Virus record (IMG/VR): IMGVR_UViG_3300000101_000005
Length of the DNA: 64,000 bases
Strand: one strand, 5' to 3'
From: a virus
Lineage: Duplodnaviria; Caudoviricetes
A program made the translations under genes and the position numbers. This document shows, piece after piece, positions 43,907 through 53,022 of the stretch. Position 1 is the first letter of the stretch. The number at the start of each line of letters is the position of its first letter. The notes under the pieces are model-generated. The model was not told the origin of the DNA. It searched no databases and worked only from the letters and a program-made list of their open reading frames with translations.

Positions 43907-46900
43907 TATATTTCTCCTGTGTTCTTGACACGCAATGGAATGTAAATAAACTCAATCGCCTTAATCGGTTCGATAGCAATATCAACATAAAGTTCATTCC
44001 TGTCAATTCTTGCTGGCGTGTTGTTAGTTTCATCACACACAACTGCAAAGTCGTATAAAGCTCTTAAGCCTACAAGCTCGAGTAATAATGACTCAACTGC
44101 TTGTTTAACTTCGTCCCTTGTGATCTTATCATTTGGCTCAAAGATATAAGGTCTTGCAAGTTTGTTAAGTTGTGATCTTAAATATACAACTAAACGTGCT
44201 ACGTTAATTCTATCTAAAGCACTTGCATTTCTTGCTCTAGTTTTTTGTCCGTAGTTTACAAGTCCTACACCGTTAAAGAATGTAATTGGATTAATTTTTA
44301 GTCCATACAACGTATCTCTTTGACCTTCGTTCAATGCAACTGTTTGGAATTCACCTGTTGCTGCATCAATATAACCTACTGATGTAGCGTTGCTAATTCC
44401 ACCACGTCTTGTTCCTGCTGGAGCAAACCATGGAAACGATACTTGGTCGCTTAATGCTATAGTTCTCATCATCATGTGTGATGCTGGAACAACAGCGTTT
44501 GCGCCACCTAAGTCAGTTGTAAATCCATTTGGATAAAACGCACCTAAGTATTCATCGTATGTTACAAGTCCGTCATCGTTGTTATCAACTACCAACGCAC
44601 TGTTTGAACCATATGCTAACAATGAAGTTGCATCACTTGCTAATCTTAAAGGTGTATCACCAATAACAAATGCTGTTAAGCCTCTGTCAATGTTTAAGTT
44701 AACAAGGTTGCTCATTGTTTCTGTGTATCCAGGACATGAAATTAAGTTAAAGTTTCTTGTTTCTTCATCTCTAATTTCTGAACTTGTATCAATTGCTGAT
44801 TTAAGTGCCTGTGTTACTACCATACGCTGTGCATGTCTACCAAATGATCCGCTACCATCTTCTTGGTTGCCTGATTGTGTAGACCATCTGTCTGTAGCAT
44901 AACTTGTCATCGCTTCGTCGCCGTTGCGAGTGTTGTCAGCTGTTAAATCAATGTAATTGTTGTTGTACTTTTTAACGTTACCGCCACTTCTACGTAAGTT
45001 CCATAGCAACATACCTTTTGGATATAGTGCAGGATCTGGAGCATCTGGATCTAAGTAATCGTTAGTTAGTAAGTCTTTAATAGTTGCTGCTGTGTTACCA
45101 GTAGAACCTGCTAGACCATAACGTGCATCTGCAAACAATATACCGTCTTCTGAAGTTTGATCTGTTTTATCAACAAGTACCCATGCTAGGTTATTACCGT
45201 CCCATCTGTAAATTGTTGGAAAGTCTTCTAAACTTGCAGTTGAAATCCAAAGGTCTCCGTCTACTAGTGCAGTACCATCGCTTTGTCCTGTTGTTGCATT
45301 TGGCTCAGTTGCTGAAACAATTGGGCCTAATGGTGAACAGTTAGCGTATCCTGAACTGTAATTTTGGTAACCTTTCCAAGTAGTACCATTATGAATCATA
45401 ATGTCAACATCACTAAACTCTGGGTTGTACCAAAGTTGTCCGTCTGCTGGTTCTGCTAATGGAGCATTGCTTGAAGCTGCAAAGTTGTCTGCTGCTAAAG
45501 GCTTCCAGTTAGATACAACATAGTTTTCACTTGCGCCTGTTGGTGCTGCGTAAAAGTTTGCTGTTCCTAATCCTGTGTTAATGCTGTATGCAGTATAAGC
45601 ACTTCCTATTGGAGTATTAGTTCCATCAGTAATTCTAAACTCTCCGCCTAACTTGTGGAAAATTTCTACTGCGTTTGAAGTTGTTACTGCTGCTTCAATG
45701 TTAGTAAAACCTGCACTGTTAATAGCACCTGCTATTAATGATGCGTCATTAGCATTACCTGCTGCTGTAAAGCTCACGCTTACTCCAGCGTTTAATGCTG
45801 CTGATGTTTTAATACTTTCTGCAATTGTAAATGTGTTTCCACCTACTGTAAATGTACTTGCGTCTACTACTGCTGAAGTAATTTTAGTAACTCCTGTTGC
45901 AGCTCTTCTAAACGCTCTAAACGAAGCAGTCATTGGTGTTGTATCGTAACCGCTATTTTCTTCTGCGTTAGTTTGTACATAGATGCTATCAGTTGGAATG
46001 TTAACTCCGCCACCTGCTTTATCTAATGCATAAACTGCAGATGAGTTGTTAGCATACAATGGTGCAGTATATGCTACCCATGAAAGAGTCGCTGCTGACC
46101 ATTTACTTGCTCTCCAACGTGCGCCGTTGTTTGGCTCAGTTGTTTTAACCCATACACTTCCTGTTGGACGTGGTGTTGTGTCACCAGTTTTAAATTCTGG
46201 AACATTAGTGTGTGCATCAATGTGTAGCTGTGGACCATAGTAAGTTGCTTTTGAAATACCTAACTCACTAAAAGTAATCTGTGGGCTACTTAAACCGTCA
46301 TCAATAATAATAGCATTTGACTTGGACGAATCACCAATTCCATCATCTAAGCTACCATCTGAATAAAGATAAAGTCTACCGCTTACGTTTCTTGCAACAA
46401 TACCTTGTGTTTCTGTAATAGCACCGTTAATTGCAACAACCAAGTCATCTAATGTGCCACTTACTGTAAAGTTTGTTCCGTTAATACTGAAGTTACCTGC
46501 AGTTGCTGAAAAAGTATCGCCAACAATTGTTGGATGGCTTGCTGACCAATCATTGCTTCCTACTTTAACCCAATTACCTTGTGTAACTGTTGATCCGTTA
46601 CCTGCGGACTTGTACCACATAGTTGCATTTTCTTTACTTGCACTAAATGATCCGCTACCATCAACTGTTTCAAATACTACTGCGTAATCGCCAATAGCAC
46701 CAACTGATGTTTTAGGTGCGCCGTTATCAATTTTTGAAATATCTGCATCGGTTAACACGATAGGTGTTTTAGCAGCAAATTTTTGACCACCTGTTGTGGT
46801 TACTGCTGCGCCATTCCACTCTTGGATACCAAAAGCAGTTGACCCGCTGTTTATCCACCACTTGCCATCTGCTGGATTCGCTCCCGGAGCAGTTGATGAA

Positions 46901-47262
46901 CCTTGTAGTTCGTCTAAGTCAACATCTGCACGTACAATGAAAGCTGAGTTTGAAACGCCTAATAATGAATATGCTGAAAGCAATCCATATTCGTTTAATT
47001 CGCTTCCATGTATTGGAGTGTTGCTCGCTGTCTTTTTGAATGTTGGTACACCAAAAAGATCTACTAATTCTTTCTGTGAGGTAACTTTATATGCTTTACC
47101 TGCGTTAGCTTTTAGCGTTCCAGCTGCTGTAGCTGTGCCCGCTGCGTTTAATTTGTCTTGCGATGAAGCGATAACAATAAGAGGAGTAGTACCAGGCTCT
47201 GCTGGGGTATAAAACGACTCGTCTATTACTGTTACTTCTACGCCTGGTGATGTTAATGCCAT
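43906..47262 (-). CDS. gp18: contractile tail sheath protein (about 1118 aa)
   Basis: MALTSPGV.V..IDES start with CAGGAGA RBS; WFAPAG..RG, INPI, DRINVARL, FEPND; TAAATA at 47322-47327. Confidence 0.95.
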   Translation of the reverse strand: MALTSPGVEVTVIDESFYTPAEPGTTPLIVIASSQDKLNAAGTATAAGTLKANAGKAYKVTSQKELVDLFGVPTFKKTASNTPIHGSELNEYGLLSAYSLLGVSNSAFIVRADVDLDELQGSSTAPGANPADGKWWINSGSTAFGIQEWNGAAVTTTGGQKFAAKTPIVLTDADISKIDNGAPKTSVGAIGDYAVVFETVDGSGSFSASKENATMWYKSAGNGSTVTQGNWVKVGSNDWSASHPTIVGDTFSATAGNFSINGTNFTVSGTLDDLVVAINGAITETQGIVARNVSGRLYLYSDGSLDDGIGDSSKSNAIIIDDGLSSPQITFSELGISKATYYGPQLHIDAHTNVPEFKTGDTTPRPTGSVWVKTTEPNNGARWRASKWSAATLSWVAYTAPLYANNSSAVYALDKAGGGVNIPTDSIYVQTNAEENSGYDTTPMTASFRAFRRAATGVTKITSAVVDASTFTVGGNTFTIAESIKTSAALNAGVSVSFTAAGNANDASLIAGAINSAGFTNIEAAVTTSNAVEIFHKLGGEFRITDGTNTPIGSAYTAYSINTGLGTANFYAAPTGASENYVVSNWKPLAADNFAASSNAPLAEPADGQLWYNPEFSDVDIMIHNGTTWKGYQNYSSGYANCSPLGPIVSATEPNATTGQSDGTALVDGDLWISTASLEDFPTIYRWDGNNLAWVLVDKTDQTSEDGILFADARYGLAGSTGNTAATIKDLLTNDYLDPDAPDPALYPKGMLLWNLRRSGGNVKKYNNNYIDLTADNTRNGDEAMTSYATDRWSTQSGNQEDGSGSFGRHAQRMVVTQALKSAIDTSSEIRDEETRNFNLISCPGYTETMSNLVNLNIDRGLTAFVIGDTPLRLASDATSLLAYGSNSALVVDNNDDGLVTYDEYLGAFYPNGFTTDLGGANAVVPASHMMMRTIALSDQVSFPWFAPAGTRRGGISNATSVGYIDAATGEFQTVALNEGQRDTLYGLKINPITFFNGVGLVNYGQKTRARNASALDRINVARLVVYLRSQLNKLARPYIFEPNDKITRDEVKQAVESLLLELVGLRALYDFAVVCDETNNTPARIDRNELYVDIAIEPIKAIEFIYIPLRVKNTGEI

Positions 47263-47383
47263 CTTTTTTATCTCCTGGTAATATTTTCGTATCAGTCTAT
47301 TACGTAAACTTGTTGCAATTGTATTTAGCACTTTATATAAAATTAGCCTGGTTTAACCAGTCATTAAAGGGGTCCAAAAGGTG

Positions 47384-47389
47384 TAAATA
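47384..47389 (+). promoter_or_regulatory. late-type promoter TAAATA-N5-ATG
   Basis: TAAATA-CATGT-ATG(47395). Confidence 0.65.
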
Positions 47390-47394
47390 CATGT

Positions 47395-47730
47395 ATGAGA
47401 CCTCTTTGTAAGTGCGGATTACGGCCACGTGCTGTTAACTATAAGAAAGGTAAGCGTACCTATTACAGAAGCCTATGTGAAGTATGTAATAATCACGGGC
47501 AGTATACAGGTGTACCTAGATGGGCTCGTGCTGGCTATAAACAGAAAGCTTCATGTGATAAATGCGGATTCAAATCACCTCATCCAGAAGTATTTAGAGT
47601 ATTACATTTAGATGGAAATTTAGATAACTGTAGACACAGCAATTTAAAAACTGTTTGTGCTAATTGTATATCTGTGTTATCTAAAGAAGGTATTAAGTGG
47701 AAACAGGGTGACTTAACTGCTGACTACTAG
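47395..47730 (+). CDS. HNH-like zinc-binding endonuclease
   Basis: CxxC pairs; VLHLDGNLDNC...NL..VCANC. Confidence 0.75.
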   Translation: MRPLCKCGLRPRAVNYKKGKRTYYRSLCEVCNNHGQYTGVPRWARAGYKQKASCDKCGFKSPHPEVFRVLHLDGNLDNCRHSNLKTVCANCISVLSKEGIKWKQGDLTADY

Positions 47731-48333
47731 TGACTTAACTTCTTTATATAAGTCCTCAATACCCATATCATTATGAATATGGTGGTCGAATTTAGTACCA
47801 ACCCAAGCCCATTCTGAAGCATGTATGTTCTGTATCTTTAGTTCATTGATTGCTACATTGCTACCTGAATTTGCATCAAGTGCTACATCATACCACTTAG
47901 GTAAACGTCCACGTTGTACCATAATCATCTTGCCTTGTTGATTCTTAATTGCTTTTACTTCATTAGGAAAACGTACATCACTTACAATGATGTCATCTTT
48001 AGAGTTACGTATTTTGTTCTCTAAACTAGCAATCCAAATATCATCATGGAAACTTTTACGACAAACTTCAGTACCCCAATATTGTAGTACCCAGCGTGGT
48101 GTTAGTGTTGGCATTCCTAATCTTTCTGCCCACCAATGATCTACTTCTTCACGCCATTCACGTGCTTCTTTTGTTCTACCTTCAAGTAAAGTTCTGTCCC
48201 AACCAAATACTGATGCAACTGCATCTTTCAATGTGTCAGCAAAACTTTCTCTTCTAAATTCATGGAAGTTAACAAGGTAATCAGCAACAGTGTCTTTGCC
48301 GCTACCAATAAAACCACATACACCAATAATCAC
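47713..48333 (-). CDS. gp1: deoxynucleoside monophosphate kinase
   Basis: GFIGSGKDT, SFADTLK, PRWVLQYWGTE, SDVRFPNE, HASE. Confidence 0.92.
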   Translation of the reverse strand: MIIGVCGFIGSGKDTVADYLVNFHEFRRESFADTLKDAVASVFGWDRTLLEGRTKEAREWREEVDHWWAERLGMPTLTPRWVLQYWGTEVCRKSFHDDIWIASLENKIRNSKDDIIVSDVRFPNEVKAIKNQQGKMIMVQRGRLPKWYDVALDANSGSNVAINELKIQNIHASEWAWVGTKFDHHIHNDMGIEDLYKEVKSLVVSS

Positions 48334-48362
48334 AAATAATTCTCCTAGTTAATATACTGTAC

Positions 48363-48391
48363 AGTATACTAGAATTAATTCATAATGTCAA
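48363..48391 (-). promoter_or_regulatory. sigma70-type promoter for the dNMP kinase
   Basis: TTGACA-17 bp-TATACT; GGAGA RBS. Confidence 0.85.
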
Positions 48392-48396
48392 GTATT

Positions 48397-48699
48397 TTAT
48401 TTGAATTTATTAAGTCTTCTTACCAAACGAGTTGCTGTATTGATATTTTTGGTACGTGACTGACGTCTAGCCTGTTGAGGGCCAGTTCTAGCACGGGTAG
48501 TTTTCATACGCTGTGCTTGTGCAACGTTAGGATGATCCCAACATTTGGACGGGTGTGATACTTGTCTACTTTTGCGTGGACCTGATGGACAACGAAACTT
48601 CATTTTAACTGTTCCGCCTCTTGCAGATGACTTGCCTCTACCCCAAACCATACCATCGTATAGTTCTTCGCCTTCCCACATAAATTCGTCTGCTTTCAT
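48397..48699 (-). CDS. basic hypothetical protein
   Basis: Start MKADEFMWE, coupled to the neck gene TAA. Confidence 0.7.
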   Translation of the reverse strand: MKADEFMWEGEELYDGMVWGRGKSSARGGTVKMKFRCPSGPRKSRQVSHPSKCWDHPNVAQAQRMKTTRARTGPQQARRQSRTKNINTATRLVRRLNKFK

Positions 48700-49457
48700 T
48701 ATCCTATAACCCAACTATATCCGCTACCACCTGGAACCTGTGTTGTAAGTTCCATTGTTAGTCTTTCTAGATCTGCTGTGCCTTCTGCTTTCATTGAAGG
48801 TCCGTTTAGAGCTGTACCACCTTGTGGGCCTGCAATACTTGCAAATTTTTCTCTTGCTTGTCCTAGCATAACTTTACAGTTAGCTAACGTGTAATCTTTA
48901 ATCCATTGTCCTGCATATACATCTTGTAAAATTGTATAGTCAGGCTTCTCATTATATGCCCAAAGAAGTACTTGTTCTTCTCCTCTTGGACGTTGCATAA
49001 TAATTAACTTTTTACTTTGAGGGTTCCAAGTAAAATTAATAAACGAACCAAACATCTTTCCAACAAGTTCTTGATACTGTGCAAATAACTCGTATGTTGC
49101 AAGTCCGCCCATGTTGGTTGAACTTAACAAATACGTATTAGTATATGCTAAGTTGAATGGTTCAAACACTGTACCACCTGTACCGTTACCTGTTCTACTA
49201 CCTACACTTCTTCTGTATATTTGTCTTACTTGTTGTATCTCATGTGGTAAGGTATAATCGTTTTTATCTTTTTCTAAAGTAAGTGTTATGTAACTTTCTT
49301 CAACTGCATTATCGCTTCGTTGTCTGAAAACACCCAAAGCACGTTTTAAACCTGTTTCGTAGTGAATAGGATCTAGTTCGACATCGATCATTCCGTCGCC
49401 TAGCATTGCTTTGCAATAGTCGAATACTTCTTGTTTTGATGTTTCTATCTGGCTCAT
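48699..49457 (-). CDS. gp13: neck protein gp13-like
   Basis: LG...I.VEL, W..DY..A..K...G.AR.KF, PGG..LNG; start by TAAATA-CTTAT-ATG. Confidence 0.8.
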   Translation of the reverse strand: MSQIETSKQEVFDYCKAMLGDGMIDVELDPIHYETGLKRALGVFRQRSDNAVEESYITLTLEKDKNDYTLPHEIQQVRQIYRRSVGSRTGNGTGGTVFEPFNLAYTNTYLLSSTNMGGLATYELFAQYQELVGKMFGSFINFTWNPQSKKLIIMQRPRGEEQVLLWAYNEKPDYTILQDVYAGQWIKDYTLANCKVMLGQAREKFASIAGPQGGTALNGPSMKAEGTADLERLTMELTTQVPGGSGYSWVIG

Positions 49458-49499
49458 ATAAGTATTTATGCCTTTAGCAACTTTAGGTAAATACTTATA
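49457..49499. promoter_or_regulatory. divergent late promoter pair forming a 12-bp inverted repeat
   Basis: TATAAGTATTTA(49457-49468)...TAAATACTTATA(49488-49499). Confidence 0.7.
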
Positions 49500-49501
49500 C
49501 A

Positions 49502-50881
49502 ATGCCAAGACTCAGTTTATACAGACCCGAAAAGGGGAACGATTACAAATTCCAGGACAAAACCGTCTGGGAGATGTTCCAAGTTGGCGGTACTGATGTG
49601 CTTGTACACAAGTATGTAGGCCCCGGAAATTCACAGGAAAAAACAGCAGCTACACCAACATATAGCACAGATGATCCTACAAACATTCAGGATATGCTAT
49701 TCTTAGAAAACAGAGATCGCAAATATGATCCAGATGTTTATAGATTACGTGGTGTATATAATGTACAAGACATTGACTTTAATCTAAGTCAGTTTGGTTT
49801 ATTCCTACAAAATGATACAGTGTTTGTTACATTCCATATTAATGATACTGTTGAAAAATTAGGCAGAAAGATCATGTCAGGCGATGTTATCGAGTTGCCG
49901 CACTTAGATGATGAACATGCTCTTAATGATTTAAATTATGCATTAAAACGTTTTTATGTAATTGAAGATGTTAATCGTGCAGCAGAAGGATTTTCAAATA
50001 CATGGTATCCTCACTTGTACAGAGCAAAGTGTAAACCATTAGTAGATTCACAAGAATTCAAACAGATTTTAGATGGCATTGCAGATAAAGATGCATTGAA
50101 AGGTACGTGGAACGCAGAGTCAACTTACTTCCCAGGAGATATTGTTATTGCTCCTAATGGTGAGAAGTACCAAGTTATATCAGAAATTAGTGGCGTTGAA
50201 CCACCTAATGCAACTTATTATAAACTTGCAGATACACTCAAAGATATTATGAGTACGTATGAAAAAGAAATGCAAGTTACACAAGCAGTTCTTGATCAAG
50301 CAGAAGCAGATTCGCCACAAGCAGGTTATGACACTAGTAGATTTTATACTATGCAAGTTGATAACCAAGGTAAAACAGAACTTGTTACAGCTGACAGCGA
50401 TGACTTGCTTATACCATCTACAGATGCAGCCGGCAACACATTACTTGATGATAAAGGTAATGCAATCTACATGGCCGTTACTGCTGACACCGCATACAAA
50501 ACACCCGAAGGTAATGCATATACTGGTTACTTAATTGGTGACGGATTACCAGAGAACGGTGCACCATTTACACAAGGTATAGCATTTCCTCTTAATCCTA
50601 TGGAAGGACAATTCCACTTACGTACTGATTACAAGCCTACACGTTTGTTTAGATTCGACGGAGTACGTTGGAGAAAAACTGAAGATGATGTAAGAATGAC
50701 TAGAAGTAATTTAGGACCAAGTCAAGTAGGTGTAGGTAAAGATTTTGCAGGACATGATGCTGCAATAAGTAAAGGTAAGGATTCGTTTATTAACAATACG
50801 GTAGTTAACAACATTGGTGGTAAACAAGTTTCAGAAAAACAGAGCTTGAGTAAAGCACTTAGACCGAAGGCAGACGATTAA
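49502..50881 (+). CDS. gp14: neck/head-closure protein gp14-like
   Basis: IQDMLFLENRDRKYD, LSQFGLFL, GDVIELP. Confidence 0.7.
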   Translation: MPRLSLYRPEKGNDYKFQDKTVWEMFQVGGTDVLVHKYVGPGNSQEKTAATPTYSTDDPTNIQDMLFLENRDRKYDPDVYRLRGVYNVQDIDFNLSQFGLFLQNDTVFVTFHINDTVEKLGRKIMSGDVIELPHLDDEHALNDLNYALKRFYVIEDVNRAAEGFSNTWYPHLYRAKCKPLVDSQEFKQILDGIADKDALKGTWNAESTYFPGDIVIAPNGEKYQVISEISGVEPPNATYYKLADTLKDIMSTYEKEMQVTQAVLDQAEADSPQAGYDTSRFYTMQVDNQGKTELVTADSDDLLIPSTDAAGNTLLDDKGNAIYMAVTADTAYKTPEGNAYTGYLIGDGLPENGAPFTQGIAFPLNPMEGQFHLRTDYKPTRLFRFDGVRWRKTEDDVRMTRSNLGPSQVGVGKDFAGHDAAISKGKDSFINNTVVNNIGGKQVSEKQSLSKALRPKADD

Positions 50882-52377
50882 TGGATTTCTTTTACGATGG
50901 ACAGATAAGAAGATATGTAACACAGTTTATGAGAGCATTCATTGGTTTTAAATATGAAGCTGGTGATAAAACTCAACAAACTATACCTGTTATGTATGGT
51001 GATCTTACAAGACAGGTTGCTTCAATTATTAGAGAAAATTCTGAGAACAAACTACCTACTGTTCCTAGAATGGCTTGTTATATTTCAGGACTACAAATTG
51101 ATAGAGATAGATTAGCTGATCCGTCATTCATTAGTAAAATGAGTGTTAGAGAAAGAGACTTTTCATTTGATGCAGCTACAGGTGAGCCTAACTATACAGG
51201 TGCTCAAGGAAATGCATACACTGTTGAAAGACTTATGCCTACTCCTTTTATATTAACTATGAAAGCAGATCTTTGGACTTCTAATACAGACCAAAAATTA
51301 CAAATACTAGAACAAATTTTAGTGTTGTTTAATCCATCTATGTCTATTCAAACAACAGACAACTATATTGATTGGACTAGTTTAAGCGTGATTAATTTAG
51401 AATCAACTCAGTTTACATCACGTGCAGTACCTACAGGAGTTGACGATGATATCGATATTTGTACATTAGAGTTTACAATGCCTATATACATTTCACCGCC
51501 AACTAAAGTTAAAAAACTTGGTGTTGTTAGAAGTGTTATTGCAAATATATTTACAGAAACAGGTAATGTAGCAAATCTAAACGACTTAGTGTATGATGCT
51601 ACAACAGCAGAATCTACTCAATATATAAATGCACGTTATGGTGTGTTATTATTTAAATCAAACAATAATCAAACATACGACTATGATTTAACTATTGTAG
51701 ACGACGATGAAGCAGTAAATGCTTTAGGACTTAATGCTAAAGAACAAAAAAGTAAAACAACAGAAATTGATTGGAATGGAGTATTAGATAGACTAGGCGG
51801 ATTCAAAGCAGGCGCAAAAATATATTTCAGACAACCTACAGGATACGAAATGGTCGGAACATATGCTGTTAATCCTGCTAATTCTAAAGTACTATTAATA
51901 ACATTTGACCAAGATACTATTCCTACTAACACAACTATTGCATCAACTGTAAACGGTGTTGCTGCTCGTGCTACTGTTGACGCTATTATTGATCCTTACA
52001 AATTTAATCCTGTTGAGAAATGGGGAAGTTTATCAGCAATACCACTAGGTACAAGATATCTAGTTCTTGATAATATTAACGATAGTGATAATGTTGGACA
52101 AAGTTATAGAGAAACTCCATACAATGAAGCGTATGATGGTCCTGATGCATGGAAAGGAACAACAGGCGAAGATCCTATTATTGTAGCCAATGCTATCATT
52201 GAATGGAATGGCATAAACTGGATTACATTAGCAGATCCAAACACACTAGCAAATCCAACATATTTCCAAAACTTAAAAACAGGTATCCAATATAAATGGA
52301 CAGGCACCGAATGGCTCAAGTCGTTTGAAGGTGAATACTCGCCAGGTTATTGGAGAATTGACCCTAACCCAGCATAA
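50881..52377 (+). CDS. gp15: tail sheath stabilizer/terminator gp15-like with C-terminal extension
   Basis: FFYDGQIRRY..QF, IP..YG, PRMA, QKLQILEQIL..FNP. Confidence 0.8.
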   Translation: MDFFYDGQIRRYVTQFMRAFIGFKYEAGDKTQQTIPVMYGDLTRQVASIIRENSENKLPTVPRMACYISGLQIDRDRLADPSFISKMSVRERDFSFDAATGEPNYTGAQGNAYTVERLMPTPFILTMKADLWTSNTDQKLQILEQILVLFNPSMSIQTTDNYIDWTSLSVINLESTQFTSRAVPTGVDDDIDICTLEFTMPIYISPPTKVKKLGVVRSVIANIFTETGNVANLNDLVYDATTAESTQYINARYGVLLFKSNNNQTYDYDLTIVDDDEAVNALGLNAKEQKSKTTEIDWNGVLDRLGGFKAGAKIYFRQPTGYEMVGTYAVNPANSKVLLITFDQDTIPTNTTIASTVNGVAARATVDAIIDPYKFNPVEKWGSLSAIPLGTRYLVLDNINDSDNVGQSYRETPYNEAYDGPDAWKGTTGEDPIIVANAIIEWNGINWITLADPNTLANPTYFQNLKTGIQYKWTGTEWLKSFEGEYSPGYWRIDPNPA

Positions 52378-52385
52378 GTATTTTA

Positions 52386-52775
52386 ATGCAAAAGAGAGCC
52401 GGAATATTATACCTATCATTAGACACTCAACGAATACTACTAATTCTTGAGAATGAAAAATGGACTGTTCCTACGTTTTCAAAAAAGACTTCTGTAATTA
52501 ATGACAGCTTAGAATTACAAGAAGACTTTTCTAAAGGTAAAATTGTTCCTATTGAATTATATTTGAGTCTAGATAAAGGATTTGAATACGGAACCTATAT
52601 TTGTTTAGTAAAGAAAGAATTCTTAACTACAAAAGCAAATACAATTAGTTGGTGTGATATGAATTTCTTACCCAAGAACTTGCACACAGGTCTTCGAAAC
52701 ACATTAAATAATAATCTAATAAGAACAAAAATAGAAACTATATTGGAGTTAAACAAAGATGTTAATACTATCTGA
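52386..52775 (+). CDS. degenerate Nudix-fold-like protein
   Basis: RAGIL...RILLIL...W.VP; Nudix box absent; TAAGTA-N5-ATG upstream. Confidence 0.4.
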   Translation: MQKRAGILYLSLDTQRILLILENEKWTVPTFSKKTSVINDSLELQEDFSKGKIVPIELYLSLDKGFEYGTYICLVKKEFLTTKANTISWCDMNFLPKNLHTGLRNTLNNNLIRTKIETILELNKDVNTI

Positions 52776-53022
52776 AGAACCAAGATTTATTAAAGATATT
52801 GAAGGCTTTCATGAAAGAATTAAAAACGTAGCCGACAAAGTGGAAAAAGCACAGTGTAACGGGCTTCTTGAAAAACTTATTAATGTAGTAAAAAAGTTAG
52901 ACGAAGTACATTCTAATCTTGCGTTTGACGCAAAAGCTATGTCGCAGGCACCCGAGCAACGTAATGATATTGCTGTTGTTAGAAAAATGCTTGATAAAAA
53001 ATTAAAAGATCTTAGATGCTAG
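52759..53022 (+). CDS. hypothetical protein
   Basis: Coupled ORF. Confidence 0.6.
   Translation: MLILSEEPRFIKDIEGFHERIKNVADKVEKAQCNGLLEKLINVVKKLDEVHSNLAFDAKAMSQAPEQRNDIAVVRKMLDKKLKDLRC

Noticed and set aside
47395-47730. HNH gene as a novel mobile or defence element
   Set aside because: Short HNH/Zn proteins are common in large myophages, and no flanking mobility signatures are visible.
1825-49508. ORF-track start sites for 1825-2145, 2701-3045, 2997-3377, 13501-14274, 24483-25328, 35043-37439, 43906-47331 and 48699-49508
   Set aside because: The N-terminal extensions run through promoters or neighbouring genes; downstream ATGs have an RBS, stop-start coupling or the TAAATA-N5 pattern.
52386-52775. 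Active Nudix hydrolase
   Set aside because: The fold pattern is only suggestive, and the GX5EX7REUXEEXGU box is absent.
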